From Candidatus Multivoradales bacterium (lineage in GTDB: Bacteria; Acidobacteriota; Thermoanaerobaculia; Multivoradales; Multivoraceae): a stretch of 64,000 nt of DNA. The position numbers and the translations under genes are program-made. Below are positions 47,475 through 57,406 of the stretch, one piece after another. The stretch spans positions 864,001 to 928,000 of the forward strand of contig CBDCWI010000002.1 of assembly GCA_965223325.1 (NCBI GenBank), in the 5' to 3' direction. Within the stretch, counting starts at the first letter, position 1; every line of letters starts with the position of its first letter. The notes under the pieces are model-generated. The model worked only from the letters and a program-made list of their open reading frames with translations, did no database searches and was not told where the DNA came from.

Positions 47475-49951
47475 GGGTTGTCCTGACGGAGAGTCGGAGC
47501 GTTGGTAGGAGCGGCGGTGAGGAGATCCTGGCTGCGTTCTGCTTCGGATTGCCAGACCGAGGTTAGACCAGCCGCTTCGACGCCGCGCGAATCAGACAGC
47601 AACTCGAGCGCCCGTCGTGGGCGACCGAACTGGCGCGCTACCTGTGCCGCCTGCAAACGAGCGGCTGGTGCACTGGACGGACCGACGTTCTGGTAGAGCG
47701 CGAGCACTCGATCGTCACCCGGAACCGGCTCAACCGCAAGCTCGTTGCTGGAGGCCCAGATCTGTTGCCCCGCTGTCGGCTGGTCATTGAAGCAGAGCGC
47801 CAATCGAGCGCGAGCACGACGGAGAGCCGGCAGGGCATCGGTAACGCGCACCAGCAGCTCCTGGCCGCGCCGGCGAGTCTCTTCGTCGCCGAGGGGTCCA
47901 TCCGCCAGCTGGCATAGCGCCGTTCCGAGAACCAGATCGGCGCTCGCGCGATCGAACAGCCGATAGAGCTCCGCTTCGCGACCGGCGTCGCCGGTTGCTG
48001 CCAGGAGACCGAGTACATAGGGCTCACCGGGCGACGCGGTCAACGCCTCGCGGAGCTTCGCTTCGGCCCCGCTCCGGTCTCCGGCCAAAAGAGCAAGACG
48101 CGCCAGCCACACCGCCGGCTGAGAGCTCAGCCGCGCACCGCGACTGAACTCGAACGACGAGCCCTCAAGCTCTTCGAAGAACGCCCGGGCCTCTGGTCCG
48201 CGACCACTGAGTGCCGCGAGGACCGCGCGATCGAAGCGGCGTGACGGATCGCGCAGATCGAACGGCCCGACCGCGAGCGCCGCGGCAGCGAGACTGCCGT
48301 CAGAGACGGGCACGCCGGCAGGCCGCACCTGGTCGACCAGGGCGGGAGCGATGTGCGCGGCCAGCACGGTCTCGAGGCTGGCGGCTTGGGTTTCTCCGGC
48401 ATCACGGTGGAACTGTGCCAGTCGCGAGCGCGTCGAGGCCGCATGCCCCGCCCGCACGCTCCACTCCGCGTCGGCGAGCCGAGCATCGACCGGCCACAGG
48501 GCGAGGGTCACGACGACGATCGCGATGAGCGCCAGCCACCGCCGCCGTCGGTCGGCCCGCGCCAGCTGCTGCCAACCGAGAGCCGCCAGTAGAACGACGA
48601 GGGGCAGGAGCGTCAGGCGTTGGCGTTCGGAGACGTAGAAGGCGAGCATTGCGGCGACCTGAACCGCCGCTAGAAGGAGAATCAGAAACCACGAGCGCCA
48701 CCTTTGAAGCGCGGTGGGCAAACCAACGGCCGCCGAGACAATCAAGAACGGGATCGGCAGCAGAGGAAACGGCAGGGCGCGCTCTCGAATCTCGGCCTCG
48801 TAGACGTCGTGAAACGCCAGTCGACGAGCGATGGCGGCTGCCTTATACAGCTCGATGCGCAACCAGCGGAGCGGATGCTCGCGCACAAAGGCCAGGCCCT
48901 TCTGGCGCCAGAACCGATTGACCTCCGACACCGTGAGGGCCTCGCCCGCGGTTGCACGGGCAATGGCGCGGTAACTGACGTGTGGATGATCGACGGTCGC
49001 CCCCAGGGCCGGGTCGAGCAGCTCGCTCTCGATCTCCTCCACCGCCAGCGGGTACGAGCCACTTCGCCCCCACGACACCGGGTTGTTGCCCTCGTAGAAG
49101 ACGGTCCCTGGGTTCATCACCGTCGGCGTCCACTCGCCGATCGCGCGCTGATTGCGCACCGTCAGAGCCGCCAGCAGGAGCACTGGGGCCAAAAGAAAAA
49201 GACCGGTGTGCACGACTCCCCAGCCGACCGGACGGATGCTGCGCGAATCGACTCCGCTAAAGACGTCGCCTTCGCCGGCGCGTTCATGACCAACCTTCTG
49301 CCGTTCTCCAAGAACGAGCCACAGGGGCACGAACACCAGGGCCGGCAGGAGGGTCGGGCGGGTCGCGATCGCTGTGGCACACAGCACCCCGGCAGCGAGT
49401 GCCCACCAGCCGCTGGCGCGTGCGGTGGCCACCGCCTGCTCGACAGTCACCAGGAGCGCCACTACCAGGAAAACCATGACCGCCTCGGGTTCGAGAATCG
49501 GCGCGTAGATGACGACTCCCGGTGACAACAGAAACGCCAGCACTCCGCACCAGGCGATCCACCACCGTCGGAACCGTCGTCTGAGCAGCCACCAGAGTCC
49601 CGCTGCCGCCAGCGCAACGAGGATCGTTTGCAACCACTCGACGGCCAGGGCGCGCTGGCTCGCATCTTCGGGTTCGGCCGTCAGCACCAGCCGATGGAGC
49701 GCCAGGTAGGCCGGACTGAAATCGACCAGGCGCTCGGCGGGCATCGAACCGGCGGCGAACTCCAGGGCGGCGGTGCTGTACTTGGAGAACGGTTCAATGC
49801 GCGTCGGCAGACCGGTCAGAGAGTCGAGGCGTGGCGCCTCGGTGACCCGGTCGAGGGTGCGCAACCAGAGAGTGCTCACCAGGGCGATGGCGAGCATCGC
49901 GAGTCCCCGGACAACGCGGTCGCGGGTTCTCGGTTCCACGGGCACACTCAT
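47471..49951 (-). CDS. GT-C fold membrane glycosyltransferase (PMT/ArnT-like) with C-terminal TPR-like repeats
   Basis: Multi-TM; FSPAY, EPE, TRP, FYEGNNP, FYVSERQR; helical C-terminus. Confidence 0.75.
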   Translation of the reverse strand: MSVPVEPRTRDRVVRGLAMLAIALVSTLWLRTLDRVTEAPRLDSLTGLPTRIEPFSKYSTAALEFAAGSMPAERLVDFSPAYLALHRLVLTAEPEDASQRALAVEWLQTILVALAAAGLWWLLRRRFRRWWIAWCGVLAFLLSPGVVIYAPILEPEAVMVFLVVALLVTVEQAVATARASGWWALAAGVLCATAIATRPTLLPALVFVPLWLVLGERQKVGHERAGEGDVFSGVDSRSIRPVGWGVVHTGLFLLAPVLLLAALTVRNQRAIGEWTPTVMNPGTVFYEGNNPVSWGRSGSYPLAVEEIESELLDPALGATVDHPHVSYRAIARATAGEALTVSEVNRFWRQKGLAFVREHPLRWLRIELYKAAAIARRLAFHDVYEAEIRERALPFPLLPIPFLIVSAAVGLPTALQRWRSWFLILLLAAVQVAAMLAFYVSERQRLTLLPLVVLLAALGWQQLARADRRRRWLALIAIVVVTLALWPVDARLADAEWSVRAGHAASTRSRLAQFHRDAGETQAASLETVLAAHIAPALVDQVRPAGVPVSDGSLAAAALAVGPFDLRDPSRRFDRAVLAALSGRGPEARAFFEELEGSSFEFSRGARLSSQPAVWLARLALLAGDRSGAEAKLREALTASPGEPYVLGLLAATGDAGREAELYRLFDRASADLVLGTALCQLADGPLGDEETRRRGQELLVRVTDALPALRRARARLALCFNDQPTAGQQIWASSNELAVEPVPGDDRVLALYQNVGPSSAPAARLQAAQVARQFGRPRRALELLSDSRGVEAAGLTSVWQSEAERSQDLLTAAPTNAPTLRQDNP

Positions 49952-50030
49952 CGGCCACACTCTACTTGGAGATGCGCGAATCGACCGACCGCGCGCCGGC
50001 TGCGCCCCCCGAGGCCGGTACACTGCGCGC

Positions 50031-52178
50031 GTGAGAAGCCAGCCGAAAGATGCCCGCCGCCGGCCCCGTTCTAGGACCGTCCAGCGAGCCGCCTTTGCCG
50101 CCGCGCTCGGCGTGTCGTCTCTCCTGCTGCCTGGGTTGGCGGCGGAGAACATCGACCCGCTGCGCGGCTTCTCGGCCGCCGAAACGGTCAAGCAACGAGA
50201 GCTCGAGGAGCGCTACCGCAGCCTCACGCCGGGAAGCGAACGCTTCCGCGAGCTCCTCGAGACGCTGACCCGGGCGCCACACCCTGCGGGCAGCGCCGCC
50301 AACCGAGCCGTCGCCGATGTCATCGCCAACACCATGGCGAAGGCGGGACTAGAGGTCGAGCGCTATCCCTACGAGATCTATCTGCCGCTTCACGATCAGG
50401 CTTCCGCCTCGGTGGCACTGGTGACTCCTGAACGCTTGCCGCTCAATGCGATGGAGAACGTGCACCCGGCCGACCCCTACTCTGCCCATCCCGACCTGCA
50501 CGGGGGTTGGAACGCCTACTCAGCATCCGGTGAGGTCACCGCGCCAGTGGTCTACGCCAACCATGCACGACGCGAAGACTTCGAACAACTGGCTGAGATG
50601 GGAGTCGAGGTCGCCGGCAAGATCGTTATCGCGCGCTACGGTGGCAACTTTCGTGGCTACAAAGAAAAGTACGCCGCCGACGCCGGAGCCGTCGGGCTGG
50701 TGATCTACAGCGATCCCCGAGACGGCGGCTACCGTAGCGGTCTCGAGTGGCCCGAAGGGCGCCACCTCGACAGCAGCACGATCCAACGCGGTTCGATCCT
50801 CACCCTGCCTTGGACCGGCGACCCCCTGACTCCCTTTGAACCTGCGATCCCTGAGGGCGACCCCCAGCGTCTCGACGTCGGAGACGTCGACCTGCCAACC
50901 ATTCCGGTCACCCCGCTTCCCTGGGGGTCGGCCAGGGAGATCCTCGAACGCATGCAGGGCCTGCCCGCGCCGCGCGACTGGCAAGGTGCCCTGCCCTTTA
51001 CCTATCGGCTGACAGGTGGTGAAGAGCTCACGGTGCGGCTCGCGGTCGACCAGCCTCACGGCATGGTGACGGTCGAGAACGTCGTCGGCTTCCTGCGCGG
51101 TCGCTCGGCACCTGACGAGTGGGCGGTTCTCGGGTCGCACTACGACGCCTGGGAGTTCGGCGCCGTCGATCCCAACGCCGGCACCGCGATGTTGCTGCTG
51201 GTCGCCGAGGCTCTCGGCCAACTCGCCAGTGACGGTTGGCAACCCGAGCGCTCGATCGCGATCGCGCATTGGGACGCCGAAGAGTTCGGCATTATCGGTT
51301 CGGCCGAATGGGTCGAGCAGTTTCGCGACACGTTGACCAGCGGCGGCGTGCTCTACCTCAACGCCGACGGCGCCGTCTCCGGCGGACGCGTTTCGTCGTC
51401 GGCGGCGCCGCCGGTCAAGCAGGCGATCATCGACGCCATGGCGGTCACGGCAACCCCTTCGGGCGAGTCGTTCCAGGAACGCTGGGAGCGCCAGAACGGT
51501 CGCGAGCTCGGCCTAGAGAGCTTTGGCAACCTCGGTGGCGGTTCGGACCACGTCGCCTTCACCACCCACATCGCGATGCCTGCCGCGGGAATCAACGTGT
51601 CGTCCTCGGCGCCGATCTACCACTCGGCCTACGACAACTTCGCCTGGTACGAAAAACACGCCGATACAACCTTCGAGCACGGGCCGGCTCTGGCGCGCCT
51701 CGACGGCACCCTGGCACTTCGTTTTGCCAACGCGACGCTGATTCCCTACGACCTTACCGCCTACGCCGAAGATCTCGACCGCCACACGCGCGCGCTCGAG
51801 AAGCAAGCGGGGCGCGAGTTCACCGACCTCCGGCGTGCTGCTGATCGACTCCGCCGGGCAACTCAGGCGACGGCGCGCAAACTCGCCGCCACTCTCGAAC
51901 GCCCGCTGAGCCAGGCGCGCGCCGCAGAACTCAACCGGCTGCTGCTCGAGATTCCGCGCACACTCGCGCACGACGACGGCATGGGGTTCGGCCCCTGGTA
52001 TCGATCGCTGTGGGCATCACCAGACCCAACCAGCGGCTACGCCTCGTGGATGCTGCCGGGAATACGCTGGGCACTCGATCAGGGAACCGGAGTCGATACC
52101 GAAGAGGCGCGCCTGGTCCGAGCGCTCGACGAAATGACCGCCCGAGTGCGCGAGCTCAACCGGCGCGCGGGCCCCTGA
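50031..52178 (+). CDS. M28 glutamate carboxypeptidase II-like peptidase (PA + M28 + TfR dimer)
   Basis: GSHYDAW, GAVDPNAG, WDAEEFG, YLNAD, GGGSDH, YHSAYD; start approximate. Confidence 0.9.
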   Translation: MRSQPKDARRRPRSRTVQRAAFAAALGVSSLLLPGLAAENIDPLRGFSAAETVKQRELEERYRSLTPGSERFRELLETLTRAPHPAGSAANRAVADVIANTMAKAGLEVERYPYEIYLPLHDQASASVALVTPERLPLNAMENVHPADPYSAHPDLHGGWNAYSASGEVTAPVVYANHARREDFEQLAEMGVEVAGKIVIARYGGNFRGYKEKYAADAGAVGLVIYSDPRDGGYRSGLEWPEGRHLDSSTIQRGSILTLPWTGDPLTPFEPAIPEGDPQRLDVGDVDLPTIPVTPLPWGSAREILERMQGLPAPRDWQGALPFTYRLTGGEELTVRLAVDQPHGMVTVENVVGFLRGRSAPDEWAVLGSHYDAWEFGAVDPNAGTAMLLLVAEALGQLASDGWQPERSIAIAHWDAEEFGIIGSAEWVEQFRDTLTSGGVLYLNADGAVSGGRVSSSAAPPVKQAIIDAMAVTATPSGESFQERWERQNGRELGLESFGNLGGGSDHVAFTTHIAMPAAGINVSSSAPIYHSAYDNFAWYEKHADTTFEHGPALARLDGTLALRFANATLIPYDLTAYAEDLDRHTRALEKQAGREFTDLRRAADRLRRATQATARKLAATLERPLSQARAAELNRLLLEIPRTLAHDDGMGFGPWYRSLWASPDPTSGYASWMLPGIRWALDQGTGVDTEEARLVRALDEMTARVRELNRRAGP

Positions 52179-52191
52179 CACCAGAGGGCCA

Positions 52192-53202
52192 ATGAAGAGA
52201 ATCCTCGAGGCCAGGCCGTCGCGCCAACTGCAGCGCGCGCTATGGGGCGGGTTGGTCCTTGCGGCCACGGTGACCTCGCCCGTGGCCGCCCAACCAGAAC
52301 CGCGCCCGAGTCCTACCCGCCCTGCCGAGGCCACGGGACACTCCGCGGAGGCTCCTTCACTCTGGCAACGCGGCACAGCAGCGTGGCAGGCGCGCGCGGA
52401 GAATCATCTGGGCGGCCGGGCGGCCCCGGGACCTATACGGCGAGCCGTCGTGGCGTATCGCGAAGCCCTGGCCATCGAGCCCGACAACCTCGGCACGCGT
52501 ACGCAGCTCTTGCGGGCGCTGTTCTTCGAAGGCGAATACGTACCCATGGACGTAAACGCGCGCAAACGCATCTTCGAGGAGGGGCGCACCGTCTTCGAGA
52601 AGGGCGTCGACCAGTTCGCCGACCGTCATGGCGGCCGCAAGATCTGGAACCGGCTCCCTGCCGAGGAGGTCATCGATCGCTTGCGCCAGGAAGAGGACGC
52701 TCAGGCCGTCGGTGAGTTCTATTTCTTCGGTGCGATTCACTGGGGCCTCTGGGCGCGGTACTTCGGCACCATGGCAGCACTCCGACGCGGCGTCGCGGTC
52801 AGGATCCGCGACAACGGAGAGATCGCCCGTACCCTCTACCCAACCCAACACGACGCCGGACCGCTGCGGCTGCTCGGGCGCATGCACGTGATCGCGCCGC
52901 GGGTTCCGTTGTTCACCGGTTGGATCAACCACCGCCACGGTCTCGAGCTCCTGCGAGCGGCCCATTCCCAAGCGCCCGAAGACCCTCTCAACCGCTTCTT
53001 CCTCGCCGAAGCGATCCTCGAGGTCGACAAGAAGCGCCGCAGCGAAGCGTTCGCGCTCATGTGCTCGGCACTTTCGATGGAGGTGCGGCCGGGCCGGACC
53101 GTCGAAGACATCGATGCCATCGCGCGCTCACGAACGACGCTCCAGAAGTGGGTCGCGCGCGAGCGGCGACGTGGGCGGACGCTTCCGTGCAATCCAGAGT
53201 GA
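52192..53202 (+). CDS. Secreted TPR-like protein (TatT-like)
   Basis: Signal peptide; helical repeats; DAGPLRLLGRMH..APRVP. Confidence 0.55.
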   Translation: MKRILEARPSRQLQRALWGGLVLAATVTSPVAAQPEPRPSPTRPAEATGHSAEAPSLWQRGTAAWQARAENHLGGRAAPGPIRRAVVAYREALAIEPDNLGTRTQLLRALFFEGEYVPMDVNARKRIFEEGRTVFEKGVDQFADRHGGRKIWNRLPAEEVIDRLRQEEDAQAVGEFYFFGAIHWGLWARYFGTMAALRRGVAVRIRDNGEIARTLYPTQHDAGPLRLLGRMHVIAPRVPLFTGWINHRHGLELLRAAHSQAPEDPLNRFFLAEAILEVDKKRRSEAFALMCSALSMEVRPGRTVEDIDAIARSRTTLQKWVARERRRGRTLPCNPE

Positions 53203-54113
53203 AGGACCACTCGGCGAGCGCGGTGCGGGGCCCGGACCACACGTGTGCCTGCTGCCAGCAGAGCCTGCAGCCGGCGTTCGAGGTCAACCGCCATCAAGTG
53301 ATGGAGTGCTCGCAGTGCGGCCACCAACAACTCATAGCGCTCGAAACAAGCGCTGCGCGGCGGAAGTTGATCGCTTCGATTTATGACGATCGCTACTTCG
53401 CGGGCGGCGGCGACGGATACCCCGACTATCCGGCCGAGGAAGACCAGCTCCAGGTTCGCGGTTCACAGTACGCCCGGGTGCTCCGCCGTCATGGTCATCG
53501 CCAGGGTCGCCTCCTCGACGTTGGGTGTGCCGCCGGGTTTCTGCTCGCCGGCTTGACCGCCGAGGCAACCACCGACTTCACCGGCCTTGGCATCGATCCG
53601 AACCGCACCATGGTCGAACTCGGACGCAAGAGGGGTCTCGACCTCGAGGTCACAACGCTCGAAGACCTCGGCGCCGAGACCGAACCCTTCGATGGCGCGC
53701 TCCTGGTACAAGTCATCGCGCACTTCGACCGACCGCAAGACGCCCTGGCTCGCCTCGCAACCAGGGTAAAAGCCGGCAAACCCGTGCTCGTCGAGACCTG
53801 GGATCGGCATAGCGTGACCGCCAGGGCGTTTGGAAAACGGTGGCACGAGTACAGTCCGCCGAGCGTGCGCCACTGGTTCACCCGCACCAGCCTCGACACC
53901 CTCATGACCCGTACCGGTTTCGAGCACCGTGCCAGCGGACGCCCGTCCAGGCGACTGCGCCTCGCGCACGCAGCATCGCTTCTCGGCCACAAGCTCGGTT
54001 TCGCCCGCGATGGAAAACTAGTGGCCTGGACCCGGCGGATTCCCCAATGGGCGTGGCTGCCGTACCCCGGTGACGACCTCTTCTGGGCGCTCTACGAGCG
54101 TCGCGAGCCGTAG
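53199..54113 (+). CDS. Class I SAM-dependent methyltransferase with N-terminal Zn-ribbon
   Basis: CACC..CSQCG, LLDVGCAAG; GTGA overlap with the upstream gene. Confidence 0.82.
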   Translation: MKDHSASAVRGPDHTCACCQQSLQPAFEVNRHQVMECSQCGHQQLIALETSAARRKLIASIYDDRYFAGGGDGYPDYPAEEDQLQVRGSQYARVLRRHGHRQGRLLDVGCAAGFLLAGLTAEATTDFTGLGIDPNRTMVELGRKRGLDLEVTTLEDLGAETEPFDGALLVQVIAHFDRPQDALARLATRVKAGKPVLVETWDRHSVTARAFGKRWHEYSPPSVRHWFTRTSLDTLMTRTGFEHRASGRPSRRLRLAHAASLLGHKLGFARDGKLVAWTRRIPQWAWLPYPGDDLFWALYERREP

Positions 54114-54126
54114 TACCGCTACTCGC

Positions 54127-55440
54127 CTACTCGTCGGGGGCCGCGAGCCGCGCGCGCCGCTCAGCAAGACTCTTGGGCAACAGGATCCAATAGCGCCCGC
54201 GCCCCTTCATGCGCCCGGCAAGGTCGGCCGCGCGCTCGCCAAAGCCGAAGAACACATCACCGCGCACCGGACCGCGAATCGCACCCCCGGTGTCTTGAGC
54301 AACCATCAACCGGCGCAGTCGAACGTTCTCACCAGGCAAAGGAAGCGGCTGGTCGGGAACCGCAGGTTTCGGCATCCGCGTGTCGAGCCAGATGGGAACC
54401 CCCATCGGCAAGAACCGGCGATCCACCGCGAGCGAGCGGCCGGCAGTGAGCGCCACGCCCTGACTCCCGAGCGGACCGTCTCCCCTCAGTTCGCGAAAAA
54501 ACACGAAGGAGCGGTTGAGATCCAACAGGCGATCGAGCTCCTCGGGGTTGTCTTCGAGCCACCCCCGAATCGCCTGCATCGACATGCGCGGACGCGGCAC
54601 CTCGCCCCAGTCGATCAGCGCCCGCCCAACGGCAAAGTACTCATGCCCGTTCTGCCCGGCATAACCCACCCGCATCTGGGTTCCGTCTTCGAATTGCACG
54701 CGTCCAGAGCCCTGCACATGGAGAAAAAACACATCGACCGGATCGTCGACCCACACCAACTCGAGACCGCGCCCGCCGAGCGCACCCTGCGCGATCTCCG
54801 CCCGATCGAAGTACGGCACAAAGCGCCGACCAGCGATGCGCCCGGCCACCTTGCGACCAGCAAGGTCGTCACGAAAGGCACCGAGCTCGACCGTCACCAT
54901 GTCGCGCGGCGGCCGATAGAGCGGAAAACGATAGCGCTCTGTCTGGATCCGCGAACCAAAGAGCAGAGGCTCGTAGTAGCCGGTGAACAACCCCATCCCG
55001 TCGTCACCATCGAGCGCTCGAAACGGCCGGAACCACTCCTCGAACAAACCTCGCGCCGCCGCATGATCCGTCGCATCCCCAGCCAGCACCGCCCGACATG
55101 CCGCGCGCCAGTCACCCATGCGCCCACCCACCTCTCGAGGCTTGAGCTCTCGATGGTCAGGCACGAGGGCAAAGCGCCGACAACTGCGCTGCAGTGCGGC
55201 CAGCGCAAAGCCATGCTTGTCGCCTTCCCAGCCCGGCAGGTCGGCCCAGACCTCCGGCCGCAGATCCAACCGCACCTCCCCCTTCTCCTCTTCCGCAGGA
55301 GGCACCACCAGCTGAGCAATCTCTCCCTCCGCCTCGGCCGCGACTCGCACTGCCCGATCGCGCGCCAGCAACAGCAGCACCGTCGAGATCGCCACCAGCG
55401 CCAACACCCGCCACCAATTCACCCGCAGCTCAGCCACCAA
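54127..55440 (-). CDS. mltA: Membrane-bound lytic murein transglycosylase A
   Basis: FTGYYEP, FFLHVQGSG, RSLAVD, QDTGGAIRGPVRGDVFFG, AGRMK. Confidence 0.92.
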   Translation of the reverse strand: MVAELRVNWWRVLALVAISTVLLLLARDRAVRVAAEAEGEIAQLVVPPAEEEKGEVRLDLRPEVWADLPGWEGDKHGFALAALQRSCRRFALVPDHRELKPREVGGRMGDWRAACRAVLAGDATDHAAARGLFEEWFRPFRALDGDDGMGLFTGYYEPLLFGSRIQTERYRFPLYRPPRDMVTVELGAFRDDLAGRKVAGRIAGRRFVPYFDRAEIAQGALGGRGLELVWVDDPVDVFFLHVQGSGRVQFEDGTQMRVGYAGQNGHEYFAVGRALIDWGEVPRPRMSMQAIRGWLEDNPEELDRLLDLNRSFVFFRELRGDGPLGSQGVALTAGRSLAVDRRFLPMGVPIWLDTRMPKPAVPDQPLPLPGENVRLRRLMVAQDTGGAIRGPVRGDVFFGFGERAADLAGRMKGRGRYWILLPKSLAERRARLAAPDE

Positions 55441-55540
55441 GAAACCTCAAATCGCGAACGATCGATATAATTCACATTGATTTCCGTTCCCCTCGTGCCC
55501 AACAGACCAACGCCTCACCAGGCAGTCGAAAGGTTCTCCC

Positions 55541-55807
55541 ATGGCTTTCCCCGGCGGCAGCGCCTACACCATGTCCCACCAGATCTCCGAAGGCTACATC
55601 CTGGTCACCGATCGCACCTGGTCACGGATGAACAAGCAAGAACTCGACAAGCTCACCTTCGAGTTTCAGAAGCTACTGCGTGAGTTGCGCGCCAACCAAC
55701 CAGACGGCGACGACACGATGGCCATTCAAAAGCGCAACCGCAAGATCTCACGCGTCAACACCTCGATGTCCATGCTGAAGTCGTATCGCCTCCGCCGCAA
55801 GGTGTAG
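55541..55807 (+). CDS. Small hypothetical basic helical protein
   Basis: 88-aa ORF with strongly genome-like codon usage; no motif recognised. Confidence 0.75.
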   Translation: MAFPGGSAYTMSHQISEGYILVTDRTWSRMNKQELDKLTFEFQKLLRELRANQPDGDDTMAIQKRNRKISRVNTSMSMLKSYRLRRKV

Positions 55808-56272
55808 CGGGGGCCATGGTGGTGCGGCCTCTGTGAAGCGTTGCGTGAGCGGGTAGCGCGTTACGGTTGGGGGTGCGACCGCGCGATGTCGGTGCGTGGT
55901 TACCATGGCCCCCGCTACCGTCACTCTTGCGGCGCAAGCGCTACATAGCGCGGGCCGAATGCCTCGGCGCACGCCCTGCTGCTCCCCTCGATGCCTTCGA
56001 AAGACCGGCGCGCGCCGCGGATTCCGGGCTCCGTTGAAACTCCTGTTCCGTGCTAACGCCCGCCGTCCTGCCAAACCTGATGGGTTTCGGCCTCTGTGAG
56101 GCCTTGCGTAGGCGGGTAGCGCGTTACGGTTGGGGGTGCGACCGCGCGATGTCGGTGCGTGGTTGCCATGGCCCCCGCTACCGTCACTCTTGCGGCGCAA
56201 GCGCTCCAACCCGCCGGCCGACCACCTCGGCGCACGCCCTGCTGAGGCCACCGATGCCTTCGAACGGCCGGC
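55804..56272 (+). repeat. Array B: about 1.8 diverged tandem 263-bp units, homologous to array A
   Basis: GGGTAGCGCGTTACGG at 55851 and 56114; perfect 17-bp inverted repeat 55804-55820/55902-55918; shares TTGCGGCGCAAGCG and CGCGCGCCGCGGATTC with the array A minus strand. Confidence 0.9.
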
Positions 56273-56353
56273 ATCGAGGACCAGGGTTCTCTTGACGGGT
56301 GCCGCACCGGGGACCTGGACTGTAGGTCTCCCTGGGGCAGCGGGGAACCGATC

Positions 56354-57340
56354 TCAGAACTGCGTGTGGAGGGGGGTTGAAAGCGCGAGATCGCCGAAGC
56401 GGTTGTCCTCGACCGGGTCCTTGAAGGTCAGCACCGGGGCTGGGCACTTGCTCAGCACCCGGACGGCGACGCTGCCGTGGACGAAGTAGCCGAGGCCGCG
56501 CCGACTCCGGCTGGCGAGAATCACGAGCTGGATCTCACCTTCCTCGACGCGGCGTAGGATCTCGCGGCCGGGGTCGCCTTCTGACACTCGAACCGTGCAG
56601 CGATCGGGGTCGATCCCGGAACTGGCACACAACGCATCGAGCCGTTCTCTCGACTCCTTGCGGAGTTCCTCCGTGGTTTCAAGTGGAATCTCGGGTAGGG
56701 CTTCGTAGACCACCGGAATCATCGGGGGTTGGACCACGTGCAGGAGTTCGACCTCGGCGCCGGTCCAGGCCGAGAATCGTTCGGCGTGGGCAATGGCGTC
56801 TTTGGCGTGGTCCTCGAAGTCGATGGGGACGAGAATGCTGCCGTGCGAAAAGCGGTCGCTGTGTTCGGTTTCGTACTTCTCGGCCCGCTCGGCGGCGCCT
56901 TCGGCCTGCACAGTCATCACCGGGATGTCGGCGAAGCGCACCACCTCCTCTGTCACGCTCCCGAGAAACAGCCTCTGTAGACCGCGGAGGCCGCGAGTCG
57001 CCATGACGATGAGGTCGATGTGGTTTTGTTCCGCGTAGAGGAGAATCTCAGCGCCGGCTGCTACAGCCTGGCGAGCTGCGCGATGAATCACGAGATCGGT
57101 CTGAGGGGCGGTGTCAATCAGGCGATCGACGAGCTCAGTGGTTCGCGCGGCGAGAGCATCCGTTAGTTCAGCGTGACCAGGTAGATCCGAGAGCGTGACT
57201 GGTTGCGAGTGCATCTCCTGCACTGTGAGGATGTGAAGGTCAGCGCCGAAGCCCCGCGCGATCTGAATCGCGTGCGAAAGTGCCGACTTCGAAGCATCCG
57301 AAAGATCGGTAGGAAAGAGGACGTGCTGAGGGGCCTTCAT
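56354..57340 (-). CDS. Tandem-domain universal stress protein
   Basis: VLFPTDLS, DLIVMATRG..LFLGSVTEEVVR; second ILVPIDF..HGSVAVRVL. Confidence 0.92.
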   Translation of the reverse strand: MKAPQHVLFPTDLSDASKSALSHAIQIARGFGADLHILTVQEMHSQPVTLSDLPGHAELTDALAARTTELVDRLIDTAPQTDLVIHRAARQAVAAGAEILLYAEQNHIDLIVMATRGLRGLQRLFLGSVTEEVVRFADIPVMTVQAEGAAERAEKYETEHSDRFSHGSILVPIDFEDHAKDAIAHAERFSAWTGAEVELLHVVQPPMIPVVYEALPEIPLETTEELRKESRERLDALCASSGIDPDRCTVRVSEGDPGREILRRVEEGEIQLVILASRSRRGLGYFVHGSVAVRVLSKCPAPVLTFKDPVEDNRFGDLALSTPLHTQF

Positions 57341-57406
57341 ACTGAACCTCCGGTGCCGGCTTCTCCCGCCCGACGTTTCAGGGGACGGTTGAGCCAGGCA
57401 GATGAA

